Below, one piece after another: positions 39,536 through 48,538 of a stretch of 64,000 nucleotides of DNA; the stretch's first letter is position 1; each line of letters begins with the position of its first letter. The DNA comes from Deltaproteobacteria bacterium. GTDB lineage: Bacteria; Myxococcota; JADLHZ01. The notes below the pieces were generated by a model that saw nothing but the letters and a program-made list of their open reading frames with translations, was not told the origin of the DNA and searched no databases. Where the stretch lies: assembly GCA_020848545.1 (NCBI GenBank), contig JADLHZ010000047.1, forward strand, positions 32,420 through 96,419. The letters are read 5' to 3'. Both the position numbers and the translations under genes were made by a program.

Positions 39536-42526
39536 TCAAGCGAACGCGTCGTACTTCGTTTCCAGGTAGCGCAGAAAGTCCTCGCTGGTCAGCGTCCTGC
39601 CAGTCGCGCGGCGCATGAGCTCGGCAGCCGAATGTCGCAGGCCGTGGACGTGAATCGTGCGCCTCAGCCAGTCGTGCACCGGCGCGAGATCACCGGCCGC
39701 GAGACGGGCGTCGAGGTCCCTCATCTCTTCGCGCATGCGCGTCCAAAGCATCGCCGCATACAGGTTGCCCAAGGTGTAGGTCGGAAAGTAACCGAACGCG
39801 CCAAGCGCCCAATGAACGTCTTGCAGGCAACCATCGACGGGGTTTGTCGGCCGAACCCCGAGCGTGCGATCCATGGCGTCGTCCCACGCGCCTGGCAAGT
39901 CGTCGACGGCGAGGTCCCCCGAGAGCAACGCGATCTCGAGCTCGGTCCGCACCGCGATGTGTAAGTTGTAGCTCATCTCGTCGGCCTCGACGCGGATGAG
40001 GCTCGGCCGAACGACGTTCACCTCACGATAGACCTGCTCGGCGCTGAGCCCGGCGAACCCCTCCGGCAACCGCTCTCGCGCCGCCGGCAGCAGACCGCGC
40101 CAGAAGGCCAACGACCGACCCACTTGGTTCTCCCAAAGGCGCGACTGGGATTCGTGCACTCCCATCGACGGCGCGTCTGCGAGCAGCGTTGTCGCGTCGG
40201 CGGCGGGAAAACCCTGATCGTAGAGCCCATGACCGCCTTCGTGCAGCGCTGCGAAGAACCCGGCACGAAAATCGTTTGCCGCATAGCGCACGGTGAGTCG
40301 AACGTCGTGACTCCCGGCCGCGAGCGTGAACGGGTGCGACGAGACATCGACGCGGCCTCGCGAAAAATCGAAACCCATCTTGCCGAGGACGTGGAGCGCG
40401 AGCGCCTGCTGGCCGGCCTCGGGCCAGGCACGCCCGGCGAAGACCGACGGTCGAGCCTCGCTCAACGCTGCGCTGCGGCGCAACAAGGCCGATAGTCGCG
40501 TGCTCAGCGCCGCGAGCTCGGGCGCGATCGTCAGACGCGTGAGCCCCGGCTCGTGCTCGTCGAGTAGACCGTCGTACACGGCGTCGCCACCAGCGCCCGT
40601 GGGGAGCAGCGAGGACAGCGCGGCGCCGCGTTCGCGACTGAGCGCGACGACGCGAGCCAGGGCGGGCCCGAAGGTCGCGAAGCGACCCTCTGTCCGCGCG
40701 CGCTCCCAAGCGGCCAGCGCGTCCGACTTCGCCGCGGCGAACGCTCTGACCAAGGTATCCGGCAGGGCAAGCGCGAGCCGGCGAAGGCGCCTGAGCTGCG
40801 CCACCTCCGCGAGCAACGCGGTGTCCCCAGCGGCGGTCGCAGCGACGTCTTCGGCCGCGTCAATCAACTCCTCGTCGAGCAGCAGCTTGTGCCGCAGGCT
40901 CTCGAGCGTCGCCACTTGCTCGCCCCGTTGCGGGCGGCCGCCCTCGGGCAAGTACGTCTCTTCGTCCCAGCCAAGCAGGCCGATCGCGGCGTCGAGATCC
41001 CGCAGCACCCGCACCTTCTCACGCAGGGCGTCGCGCGAGCCGCTGGTGCGGACCTGCGATCCGAGCGAGACGTCGTCATGAGCGCGCGCGACGAGCAGCG
41101 CCGCAATGCCCCCGCGTTGCGCCACATTGACGACCTGCTTCTGCGACGCGCGCACGAGCACGCCGAGGCCGTGGGCGGTCGCGGCAAACCCCATGACGGT
41201 GAAGAACGGTTCGACGACGCGCTTGCCGGCAGAATCGAGCGTCGGGAACTCGAAGACCGGAATTGGCGCCGCGCGCTGCACGACCCACTGCTCGTGCGGA
41301 TCGTTCTCGGACGCGAGCGCGCGGTCAACAGCGGCGGTCCACTCTTCGCGGCTCGCCGCTGCCCCGAGCAAGACGCCGCTGCCGCCGTAGCCCCTGTTCG
41401 GCTTCAGCACGAGGTCGCGCTGCTCACTCGAGAGCAACTCCTCGAGCGCCACGTCGCGCCCATCCCAGCGCAGCGTACGTCGTCGCGAAACAGTGCGCGT
41501 CCACAGCACGTGTTTGTCGAAGACTTGGCGCGACTCGGGCGAGAAGTAGCGCTCGGCGAGCAGCGGATCGGTGAGCAACTCCCAGCCGCTCTTGTGATCG
41601 AAGTCGCCGCCGAGCGACGACACCACGCGGTTCTCGCTGAACAGCTGCCACATCGCGTCGAGCCGAACCCCTTGCTCGTCTTCGAGGGCGAGCAAATCAC
41701 GCAGCTCGTAGTCGCGATAGACGAGATCGACCACCGCCTCTCCGTAGCGCACCTCGCCGCCGGCGACGCTGAGCTCCGTCGGATCGGCGTGCACCACCTG
41801 CAGGCCGTGCTTGGCGGCAATGAAGACTGAAAGCGAGCGCTGCTCGTCAGGCCCGCTCTGCTCGTACTTCGGCTCGACAAACGCCAAGGTGCGGAGCGGG
41901 CGACCAATGGCGTCGGCGTGATCGAGCAACGCCTGCACGAAGAGCTCGCGTTGATCGCGCGGCAGCTCGAGGTGCAGTGCCGGATCGTGACGGCGCATCT
42001 CGCCCACCACATCACGCATCACCAGCGTCTCGGCGACTGGGGCGTAGTGAATGCCGCCGATTCCCGAAAGGTTCGGCTCGAGAAACGCGAGCGACTGTTG
42101 CCACGCCGCGCTGGAGAAGTCGCAGACCGCGTCGAGCCGACCATAGATCGGGTTTTGAGCGCCGTGACGGGCGCTCCAAAACGAGCGCAGCCTCTGCTCT
42201 TCACGGGCGTCGAGCGGCAACACGCGCCGTACGTCGGCGTCCTGCAAATAGAGATCAGGCAGGCGACGAAGCGCGTCGTTGATCACTTCGCAGACGTGGT
42301 GCACGTAGCTCAGCTGATCGGCGGTCGCGGCGAGTGGCCGAGCAAGGATGCGCACGGGCTCGGTCTGACCATCGCGATCGTAGACGACGTGATTGGCGAG
42401 CGCGTCGGCACGCAGCCGCGCCTCCATCCGCCGCGCCGCCGAGTTGCTGATGAGCGACGCCGCGCGCCGGAGCTGCGCATCGATCGTCTTGCCGCGTAGA
42501 CCGACGATCTCGGACGGGCTCAACAT
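39536..42526 (-). CDS. Fusion protein (996 aa): N-terminal circularly-permuted ATP-grasp/glutathionylspermidine-synthase-like domain plus C-terminal complete M32 carboxypeptidase Taq-like metallopeptidase
   Basis: C-terminal half carries HEGGHGLY (HExxH), HESQSRLWEN, IRVEADEMSYNLHI and LLGWDEETYLPEGG, all M32 hallmarks. N-terminal half has LVLKPNRGYGGSGVLLG, ATP-grasp-like. ATG with GAAGGAG RBS at 42526. One continuous ORF in the track. Confidence 0.55.
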   Translation of the reverse strand: MLSPSEIVGLRGKTIDAQLRRAASLISNSAARRMEARLRADALANHVVYDRDGQTEPVRILARPLAATADQLSYVHHVCEVINDALRRLPDLYLQDADVRRVLPLDAREEQRLRSFWSARHGAQNPIYGRLDAVCDFSSAAWQQSLAFLEPNLSGIGGIHYAPVAETLVMRDVVGEMRRHDPALHLELPRDQRELFVQALLDHADAIGRPLRTLAFVEPKYEQSGPDEQRSLSVFIAAKHGLQVVHADPTELSVAGGEVRYGEAVVDLVYRDYELRDLLALEDEQGVRLDAMWQLFSENRVVSSLGGDFDHKSGWELLTDPLLAERYFSPESRQVFDKHVLWTRTVSRRRTLRWDGRDVALEELLSSEQRDLVLKPNRGYGGSGVLLGAAASREEWTAAVDRALASENDPHEQWVVQRAAPIPVFEFPTLDSAGKRVVEPFFTVMGFAATAHGLGVLVRASQKQVVNVAQRGGIAALLVARAHDDVSLGSQVRTSGSRDALREKVRVLRDLDAAIGLLGWDEETYLPEGGRPQRGEQVATLESLRHKLLLDEELIDAAEDVAATAAGDTALLAEVAQLRRLRRLALALPDTLVRAFAAAKSDALAAWERARTEGRFATFGPALARVVALSRERGAALSSLLPTGAGGDAVYDGLLDEHEPGLTRLTIAPELAALSTRLSALLRRSAALSEARPSVFAGRAWPEAGQQALALHVLGKMGFDFSRGRVDVSSHPFTLAAGSHDVRLTVRYAANDFRAGFFAALHEGGHGLYDQGFPAADATTLLADAPSMGVHESQSRLWENQVGRSLAFWRGLLPAARERLPEGFAGLSAEQVYREVNVVRPSLIRVEADEMSYNLHIAVRTELEIALLSGDLAVDDLPGAWDDAMDRTLGVRPTNPVDGCLQDVHWALGAFGYFPTYTLGNLYAAMLWTRMREEMRDLDARLAAGDLAPVHDWLRRTIHVHGLRHSAAELMRRATGRTLTSEDFLRYLETKYDAFA

Positions 42527-42555
42527 CTTGTGACGGCTCCTTCGGTGCGCCGCAC

Positions 42556-43050
42556 TCAGCCGCCTTGCCGAGTCGCTCGCGATCGGGCCTCTTCGATGGC
42601 TTCGGTCATCTGCGCACCGTCCATGGGCATCAGCGCCATACCCTGGATCCACTTCACTGCGTCTTGAACGGAGGAGAATGTTCTCGTCTTCTTATCGAAG
42701 ATCAACATACCGGTGAGGATCGCCCGAGCGCCCGCGGCGATGAACCCAGAACCCTCGACGATGTTCGCGCTCGCCCCAACAGAATCCACGTTCTGCTTCG
42801 TCATCTCGTCGACGAGCCGGCGGACCTCGGGGCTGATCTTTGGCAAGCTCTTGGGCCGAATGATCGACACCGTGGCGAGCAGCCCTGCCGACTCTGCACT
42901 CAGCCGGCGAAACAAACCTCCGACCGCGACGATGTCGGATTCCACGACGTTGCTTCCCCAGACTTGGAGGACGAGGCGTCCGGTGTGACCGAGCCACAAG
43001 CCATCAGAGTCGTGCGCCTGATTGAGAACCATGTCGAAGAATCTCAGCAA
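42556..43050 (-). CDS. Hypothetical protein (~160 aa)
   Basis: Start TTG 43050 or ATG 43032. No family recognised. Confidence 0.35.
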   Translation of the reverse strand: MLRFFDMVLNQAHDSDGLWLGHTGRLVLQVWGSNVVESDIVAVGGLFRRLSAESAGLLATVSIIRPKSLPKISPEVRRLVDEMTKQNVDSVGASANIVEGSGFIAAGARAILTGMLIFDKKTRTFSSVQDAVKWIQGMALMPMDGAQMTEAIEEARSRATRQGG

Positions 43051-43097
43051 GAAAGGACTTGCGTCAACGCCGGGTCAAAGAAAGCGCGAGCCGAGCG

Positions 43098-44447
43098 TCA
43101 CCGAAGCGCGGCCCTGGCGATCGCGCGGACGTCGACTCGGGCGCCGTGCGTCTTCTCCACTTGTTGAGCGAGCTCCTCGATCGCATCGGACGCGTCGAAC
43201 GCCTGCAGCACCGTCACCGCCGCCGAAAGGAACGCGTCCTTGTCGCGCACGTGAAGATAGACGCGCGCCGCCTGGGCGATGACGCGCCGGAGCTGCAGCA
43301 CCTGCGACGACCGCGCGTCCTTCTTGTAGCGCATCAGCTCCGGCACCAAGCGCGCGACGAGGCTCGGATCGCAAGCCGCGGCGCGCATCACCGACAAGTA
43401 GTAGTCGAACGATTGTCCCGCGAACGACGGCGGCACGTGCGCCGCGATGCCGTGCAGATCCGACGGGCTCACGCGCGCCACGTGCTCCGCGTAGGCGTCG
43501 GCGAGCCGCGGCGCTGCGCTCAGCCCGTCCGCCGCGAGCGCGCAGATCTCGAACGCGCTCTGGCGCTGCGCCGGCACGTGCGCGCGGCCGCCCTGGTGCT
43601 CCGTCCAGCGTGCGAGGGCCGGGAAGCTCACGTTGAAGCTGAACGCGCCGGCGCCGTGGAGCACCGCGATCGGCGCGCGATCGTGATCGTGATCTTCGAT
43701 GCGCACGTGCGCCTTGTCGCCGACGAGCGCGAGCAGCTCACCGCCGGCCGCGGCCCGCAGCGCTTCCAAGCAGCGCAACGCAACAGTGGGCAAGAGAAAC
43801 GAGCGCGGGCCTTTCGTGGCGCTGAGCTCTTTGAGCACTGCCGCGAGCGCCGGATCCGCGTAGCGCTCACCTGCGACCACGGCGTAGTCGAAGCGCAGCG
43901 TGTCGGCCTGTGAGAGCGCGGGGACGTGGCCTTCGCTGAGCACGCCGTCGGCGACGCGAAAGTAGTCCTGCGGCAGCGAATCGAAGACGTAGTTGGCGAT
44001 GCACACGAGCGGGCCGGTCGCCGCGAGCGCCGGCCGCTCGGCGTCGAAGACCATGAAGTCGGCGAGCCCTTCGGCCGCAAGCGCCTGCCACGCCGGATGC
44101 GCGCGGAAGGCCGCGACGTTGGTCTCGGCGAAGTCCGTGAGCGTGTAGATGATCCGCGGCAGGCGCAAGGTGCGTCGGATCTCTTCATACGCCTGCACGA
44201 ACGCGTAGGCGAAGCGGCCGGCACCACTGCCGAGCTCGATCACGCGCACGGTCTGCGTTCGCTCGACGCGGCTTGCGCCGACGAGGTCGTCAATCCACGC
44301 GGCGGTGAGGCGCGCGTAGCAATGCGCGAGGGCGGCGTGGCTGCTCATGTGCCACGGGATGTCGTCCTCAATCCACGCCGCAGGACCTTTCTGCTCGTAG
44401 AATTCACGTTGCCTGCGCCAGATCGGCGATTCGGAGAGCGGGGTCAT
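43098..44447 (-). CDS. MidA/NDUFAF7-like SAM-dependent methyltransferase family protein, paralogue of 29140..30612
   Basis: 449 aa. IELGSGAGRF motif. Collinear similarity to 29140..30612 (ANYLFDSLP vs ANYVFDSLP, LLLTGDKA vs LALVGDKA). Confidence 0.55.
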   Translation of the reverse strand: MTPLSESPIWRRQREFYEQKGPAAWIEDDIPWHMSSHAALAHCYARLTAAWIDDLVGASRVERTQTVRVIELGSGAGRFAYAFVQAYEEIRRTLRLPRIIYTLTDFAETNVAAFRAHPAWQALAAEGLADFMVFDAERPALAATGPLVCIANYVFDSLPQDYFRVADGVLSEGHVPALSQADTLRFDYAVVAGERYADPALAAVLKELSATKGPRSFLLPTVALRCLEALRAAAGGELLALVGDKAHVRIEDHDHDRAPIAVLHGAGAFSFNVSFPALARWTEHQGGRAHVPAQRQSAFEICALAADGLSAAPRLADAYAEHVARVSPSDLHGIAAHVPPSFAGQSFDYYLSVMRAAACDPSLVARLVPELMRYKKDARSSQVLQLRRVIAQAARVYLHVRDKDAFLSAAVTVLQAFDASDAIEELAQQVEKTHGARVDVRAIARAALR

Positions 44448-44488
44448 GGCGCGGGTGCTCGCACTTTACGCCAGCGTCGCCGCGGACG

Positions 44489-45619
44489 CTAGAGCGTGGT
44501 GCGGATGGGCAGCGACATGCCGGATTCGCTGGCGAGGACGATGCCTTCTGGGCCGAAGAAGGTGACGGTGCGCGACTGGCCGAGCACGGTCTCGAGGGCG
44601 AAGACTTCGTAAGTGTTGTCGTACGCGTCGGTCATCGTCGCGGTGTAGCAGGTCATCGCCCCGTCGCCGTCCGGGTTGGCGGTGAAGTAGGCTTCTTCGG
44701 CTTCCAGGTTGGCTTCGACGATCGGGATGGCGGCTTCCGGTACCGACGTGACTTCCATCGCTCTCCATCCACCGGCGTTGAAGCTCGCGATGGTCGCGCT
44801 GATGTCCAACGCCCCGTTCGGGCTGTCTTCGCCAGGCTCGTTGGCGAGGACCGGCATGTCCGCCAGCGCGTCCCAGCTCAGCGTCTCGCGGGTGATCACG
44901 CCAGCGTCGTCGTACGTGCGGGTGGCGATGCCTGCGGCGACCCGCCTGGCCGAGCCGGCGAACGACGCGACTTCGCCGCGCGCGACGTCGACGATCGCAG
45001 CGCGCTCGCCGAAATCGGATTGGTCAGTCATGCCCATGATGAGGTACGTGCGGCCACCGGGCGCGCGCACGGTCGTCAAGCTGTGGATGGGATAATATTC
45101 TTCGGCGACGATGCGCGTCGTGCGCGTCACGACGTCGAACACCGCGAGCGCCATGCCGTGGTTCTCGTCGCCACCCAAGCGGCCGGCGACCGGGTAACAC
45201 ACGTAGCGGTTGTCGATGATGCGCACATCGGGTCGCTCCGCGGTGGCGGAGATGGCCTCGCCGACGTCCACCTCCTCGCCGTTCACCCGAACGGTCACCG
45301 GCCATTCGTAGTCGCCGCTTTCCCCGATGACTTGCAGGTTCGACGCGCCAGGCGTGTTCACCCAGCGCCCAGCGGTCACCGACGCGGCGAACTGGTCGTA
45401 CACGGCGAGCGACTCGAACGAGCCCGGCGAGGCGAGCAGGTGCGCGATCACAGCGCGACGATTTTCGGTGGTGTCAAACGAGCTGCGCAGTAACGCCCGC
45501 GCGGCGCTGCGGGCTTCGCCGCCAGTGATGGCAACCGTGCCGTCGCTCAGCGGGTTGGTGTCCGCGGTCTCTTGTTGAAAGCGATCGAGTAGGCGTTCAG
45601 AGCGGCAAATGGGGGGCAT
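44489..45619 (-). CDS. Hypothetical protein (376 aa)
   Basis: Long ORF with window-typical codon usage. No recognisable motifs or signal peptide. Confidence 0.45.
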   Translation of the reverse strand: MPPICRSERLLDRFQQETADTNPLSDGTVAITGGEARSAARALLRSSFDTTENRRAVIAHLLASPGSFESLAVYDQFAASVTAGRWVNTPGASNLQVIGESGDYEWPVTVRVNGEEVDVGEAISATAERPDVRIIDNRYVCYPVAGRLGGDENHGMALAVFDVVTRTTRIVAEEYYPIHSLTTVRAPGGRTYLIMGMTDQSDFGERAAIVDVARGEVASFAGSARRVAAGIATRTYDDAGVITRETLSWDALADMPVLANEPGEDSPNGALDISATIASFNAGGWRAMEVTSVPEAAIPIVEANLEAEEAYFTANPDGDGAMTCYTATMTDAYDNTYEVFALETVLGQSRTVTFFGPEGIVLASESGMSLPIRTTL

Positions 45620-45844
45620 ATTGGATCCTCCGCAGATCTTTTCGGAGGCGAACGCAACTCAACGCGTCAAGAACATATGACGGAGACGAACAAGTGTCGC
45701 GTCGAGGGAGCGGGTTCTCACCGTTCGTAGGCGCCCATGCCGCGGTTGGTGCGTAGGCGACGGTCGGCGCCGCTGATGTCGAACGGCAGCGCCTCGTTGA
45801 TGATGCCGTCGAGGTCTGCACCGCGATCTCGCGCGACACCTTGG

Positions 45845-46351
45845 CTACTTGCGCTTCGCTTGATGTGCCGTCTGATGCGCCACCAGGCCGTCCATCGAGA
45901 AGCCGAGCTCGTGGAGGAACGCTTGCATCTTCTTCAGCGTGTACTGGGTCTTTGGCGAAGTGAGGTTCGGATCCACGGCGAGCAGGCTGTCGTAGAAAGC
46001 GGCGAGCGTGGCCGGGATAAGCGCGCGCTCTTCGGCTTCGAGCGCGAGCTTGGCTTGCTGCAGCCGCTTGCGTTCGCCACGGAAGCGTTGCTCGAGCGCT
46101 TGCGTGGCGAGGAAAAAGTCCTGCGCAGGTGGCGCCGCGGCCGCTTTGCTCTCGGTCGCCGACGCCTTTCCTCGCACACGCTGCAGGACGTCTTGCGTCG
46201 AGTCGCCCGCGCCGCGCAAGGCCGGGTTCACCGCGAGCAGCTTGCGCATCGTCTCGAGGTCGACGCCGATCGCGGCGGCGCGGGCTTCGTTCGTCTCATC
46301 GGACTTCGGCTTCGTTCCCACCCGCAGAGTATACGTCAAGTCCGGGCCCAA
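45845..46351 (-). CDS. Hypothetical protein (168 aa), paralogue of 6006..6509
   Basis: The C-terminus VDPNLTSPKTQYTLKKMQAFLHELGFSMDGLVAHQTAHQAKRK aligns with the spoVR-downstream protein. Confidence 0.5.
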   Translation of the reverse strand: MGPDLTYTLRVGTKPKSDETNEARAAAIGVDLETMRKLLAVNPALRGAGDSTQDVLQRVRGKASATESKAAAAPPAQDFFLATQALEQRFRGERKRLQQAKLALEAEERALIPATLAAFYDSLLAVDPNLTSPKTQYTLKKMQAFLHELGFSMDGLVAHQTAHQAKRK

Positions 46352-46367
46352 GTGGTAACATGGAAGC

Positions 46368-47771
46368 GTGAGGACCGAGCCCGATCTGCAGGCCGCATTG
46401 CCCGAGCGCTACGAGCTCGGCAAGAAGCTCGGCGCCGGCGGCTGCGGCTTCGTGCACGCGGCGTTCGATCGGCACATGCAACGCGACGTGGCGATCAAGT
46501 TTCTCGAGCTCGGCACAGAGGACGTCGGCTCCGTGCGCAAACGCTTTCATCGCGAAGCGCGGGCACTGTCGTTGTTGCGGCATCAAAACGTGCTCTGCGT
46601 CTACGACTACTCGGGCATCGACGCGCCACAACCGTTCCTCGTGTGCGAGCTGGTCGACGGCGAGAGCGTCAGCGATCTCGTGCGCCGGGTGGGGCCACTG
46701 CCGGCCGAGAAAGTCGCCGCCATCGGCCACGAAGCCTTGCTCGCGCTCGCCGAAGCACACGCCGCCGGCCTGGTGCACCGCGACGTCGCGCCCGGCAATA
46801 TCATGGTCGAGCGCTCGGGCCGGGTCGTCTTGATGGACTTTGGCGTCGCGCGCGCGGCTGCGGCGTTGCTCGACAAGAGCGGGACCTTCGTCGGCGGCGC
46901 GACGCAGGTCATCGGCACGCCGATGTACATGTCGCCCGAGCACATCAACGACGTGGAGCGGCTGTCGGCGCCGTCGGATCTCTACTCGCTCGGCAGCGTG
47001 CTGGTGTTCGCAGCGACGGGAAGACACTTGTTCGCGGGTGACAACATGCTCGAAGTGCTCGCGAACGTGGTGCGCTGCCGGCATGCACCGCTCGAGGAGC
47101 TGCTGCCGCCCGCGGCGCACGGGCTGATCCCGGTGCTCGCGCAGTGCCTGGTGGCGGAGCTCGGCGCGCGGGCACAGAGCGCGCAACGCCTCGCGGCGGA
47201 GCTCAGCACGCTGCTCGCTGGCAAGGATCCGCGGGCGATCCTCGCCGCGAGCGCGGGCGAAGCGCCGGCGATCGAAGCGCCCGTCTTTCCCGGAACGCAG
47301 ATCGCGACGATCACCACGGCGCCGCCGCCGGCCCGCGTCAGCCCGATCATGTGGACCATCGCGGGCGGTCTGGTCGCGGCGACCTCCGCGATCGCGATCG
47401 TGCTTTTCCTGAAGGTCGCGCCATCTGGACCTGCGCCGGCAACATTGCCACCGAGAACGTTGCCGCCGGCCACGTTGCCACCTCCGGATCCCGCGCCCGA
47501 GGCCCCGCCTGAGATCCCGGACCCGCCGCGCGACGCCGCCAAACCGATCGCGCCGAAGAAGGGCGAGCTGCGCATCCTGGTGCAGCCTTACGGTGTGATC
47601 TATGCAGACGGTGAGCGCCTCGGCATGACCCCGGAGGTGGAGGTCCTCAAGCTGGCGCCGGGGAGGCATCAAGTGCGCATCGAGCATCCGAAGTTCGATC
47701 CCATCTATCGCACAGTTGAGATCGCTGCTGGTCGCCGGCAAACCCTGCGCGTCGAGTTCGCACAAGAATGA
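46368..47771 (+). CDS. Hanks-type Ser/Thr protein kinase with C-terminal Pro-rich region, TM segment and extracytoplasmic domain
   Basis: GAGGCGFV Gly-loop, VAIKFL, HRDVAPGNIM, DFG, GTPMYMSPE. TM at IMWTIAGGLVAATSAIAIVLFL. Confidence 0.85.
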   Translation: MRTEPDLQAALPERYELGKKLGAGGCGFVHAAFDRHMQRDVAIKFLELGTEDVGSVRKRFHREARALSLLRHQNVLCVYDYSGIDAPQPFLVCELVDGESVSDLVRRVGPLPAEKVAAIGHEALLALAEAHAAGLVHRDVAPGNIMVERSGRVVLMDFGVARAAAALLDKSGTFVGGATQVIGTPMYMSPEHINDVERLSAPSDLYSLGSVLVFAATGRHLFAGDNMLEVLANVVRCRHAPLEELLPPAAHGLIPVLAQCLVAELGARAQSAQRLAAELSTLLAGKDPRAILAASAGEAPAIEAPVFPGTQIATITTAPPPARVSPIMWTIAGGLVAATSAIAIVLFLKVAPSGPAPATLPPRTLPPATLPPPDPAPEAPPEIPDPPRDAAKPIAPKKGELRILVQPYGVIYADGERLGMTPEVEVLKLAPGRHQVRIEHPKFDPIYRTVEIAAGRRQTLRVEFAQE

Positions 47772-48502
47772 GCGCTCTCCTTGCCACCGTGTTGGTCCTT
47801 GCCGCGCCGAATCCGGTCGAGCGCGGGATGCGCGCGTATTCAGACAACAAGTTCAACGCGGCGGTGAGCGCATTTTACCAGGCGCTCAGCGGAGGCGTCG
47901 AGCCCGCCGTGGAGCCACGCGCGCGCTTGCACCTGGCGTTCGCGCTTTGGCACCTCGGCCGGCGCTCCGAAGCGGACGCCGAGCTGCGCGTGCTCTTGCG
48001 CAAGTTTCCGCAGCACGACATCGACGACGATTACTTTCATCCGACACTCGTGCAGTTCTATCGCCGCGTGCGCTACGAAGTGATCCCGCCACCAGAGACA
48101 CCACCGCCGATCGTCGTCGCGCCGGCGTCGGTGCCGGTGGCTCCCGCGTCGACGCCGAGCGCGAGCGCGCCGGTGGCGACGCCTATCATCGAGGTTGCCG
48201 CCGTCCACCCCTCGAGCGCGACGCTGTTCTTGCGCACGCTGCCGCTCGGCATCGGCCACTTCGTCAACAAGGACTACGTGGGCGGGGCGCTCTGGCTGGC
48301 GGCGCAAGCGATCTTGATCGGCGGCAACATCGCCGCGGCCGTGCTCCTGGGTCAGAACGGCACCGCTTATGGGTACACGTTGGACTCGCGGCGTGAGGTG
48401 GCGCTCTTCGCGACGCAAAACGCGAGCGCCGGCGCGCTGGCCGCCGTGGCGATCTTTTCGATTTTGGACGCACACCTGTGGTCGCCTGCTCGCGTGCGCT
48501 GA
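47768..48502 (+). CDS. Signal-peptide/TPR-like membrane protein co-translated with the Ser/Thr kinase
   Basis: The ATG overlaps the kinase stop (ATGA). N-terminal signal, Pro-rich linker, C-terminal hydrophobic domain. Confidence 0.5.
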   Translation: MSALLATVLVLAAPNPVERGMRAYSDNKFNAAVSAFYQALSGGVEPAVEPRARLHLAFALWHLGRRSEADAELRVLLRKFPQHDIDDDYFHPTLVQFYRRVRYEVIPPPETPPPIVVAPASVPVAPASTPSASAPVATPIIEVAAVHPSSATLFLRTLPLGIGHFVNKDYVGGALWLAAQAILIGGNIAAAVLLGQNGTAYGYTLDSRREVALFATQNASAGALAAVAIFSILDAHLWSPARVR

Positions 48503-48538
48503 AGGCCTTGGGTTTGCGCTCGTCGTGCCGTTACGACA

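Noticed and set aside
39536-42526. Possibility that the ATP-grasp/M32 ORF is two genes
   Set aside because: Not rejected outright. The ORF track shows one uninterrupted frame and I see no in-frame stop. A sequencing frameshift cannot be excluded without reads.
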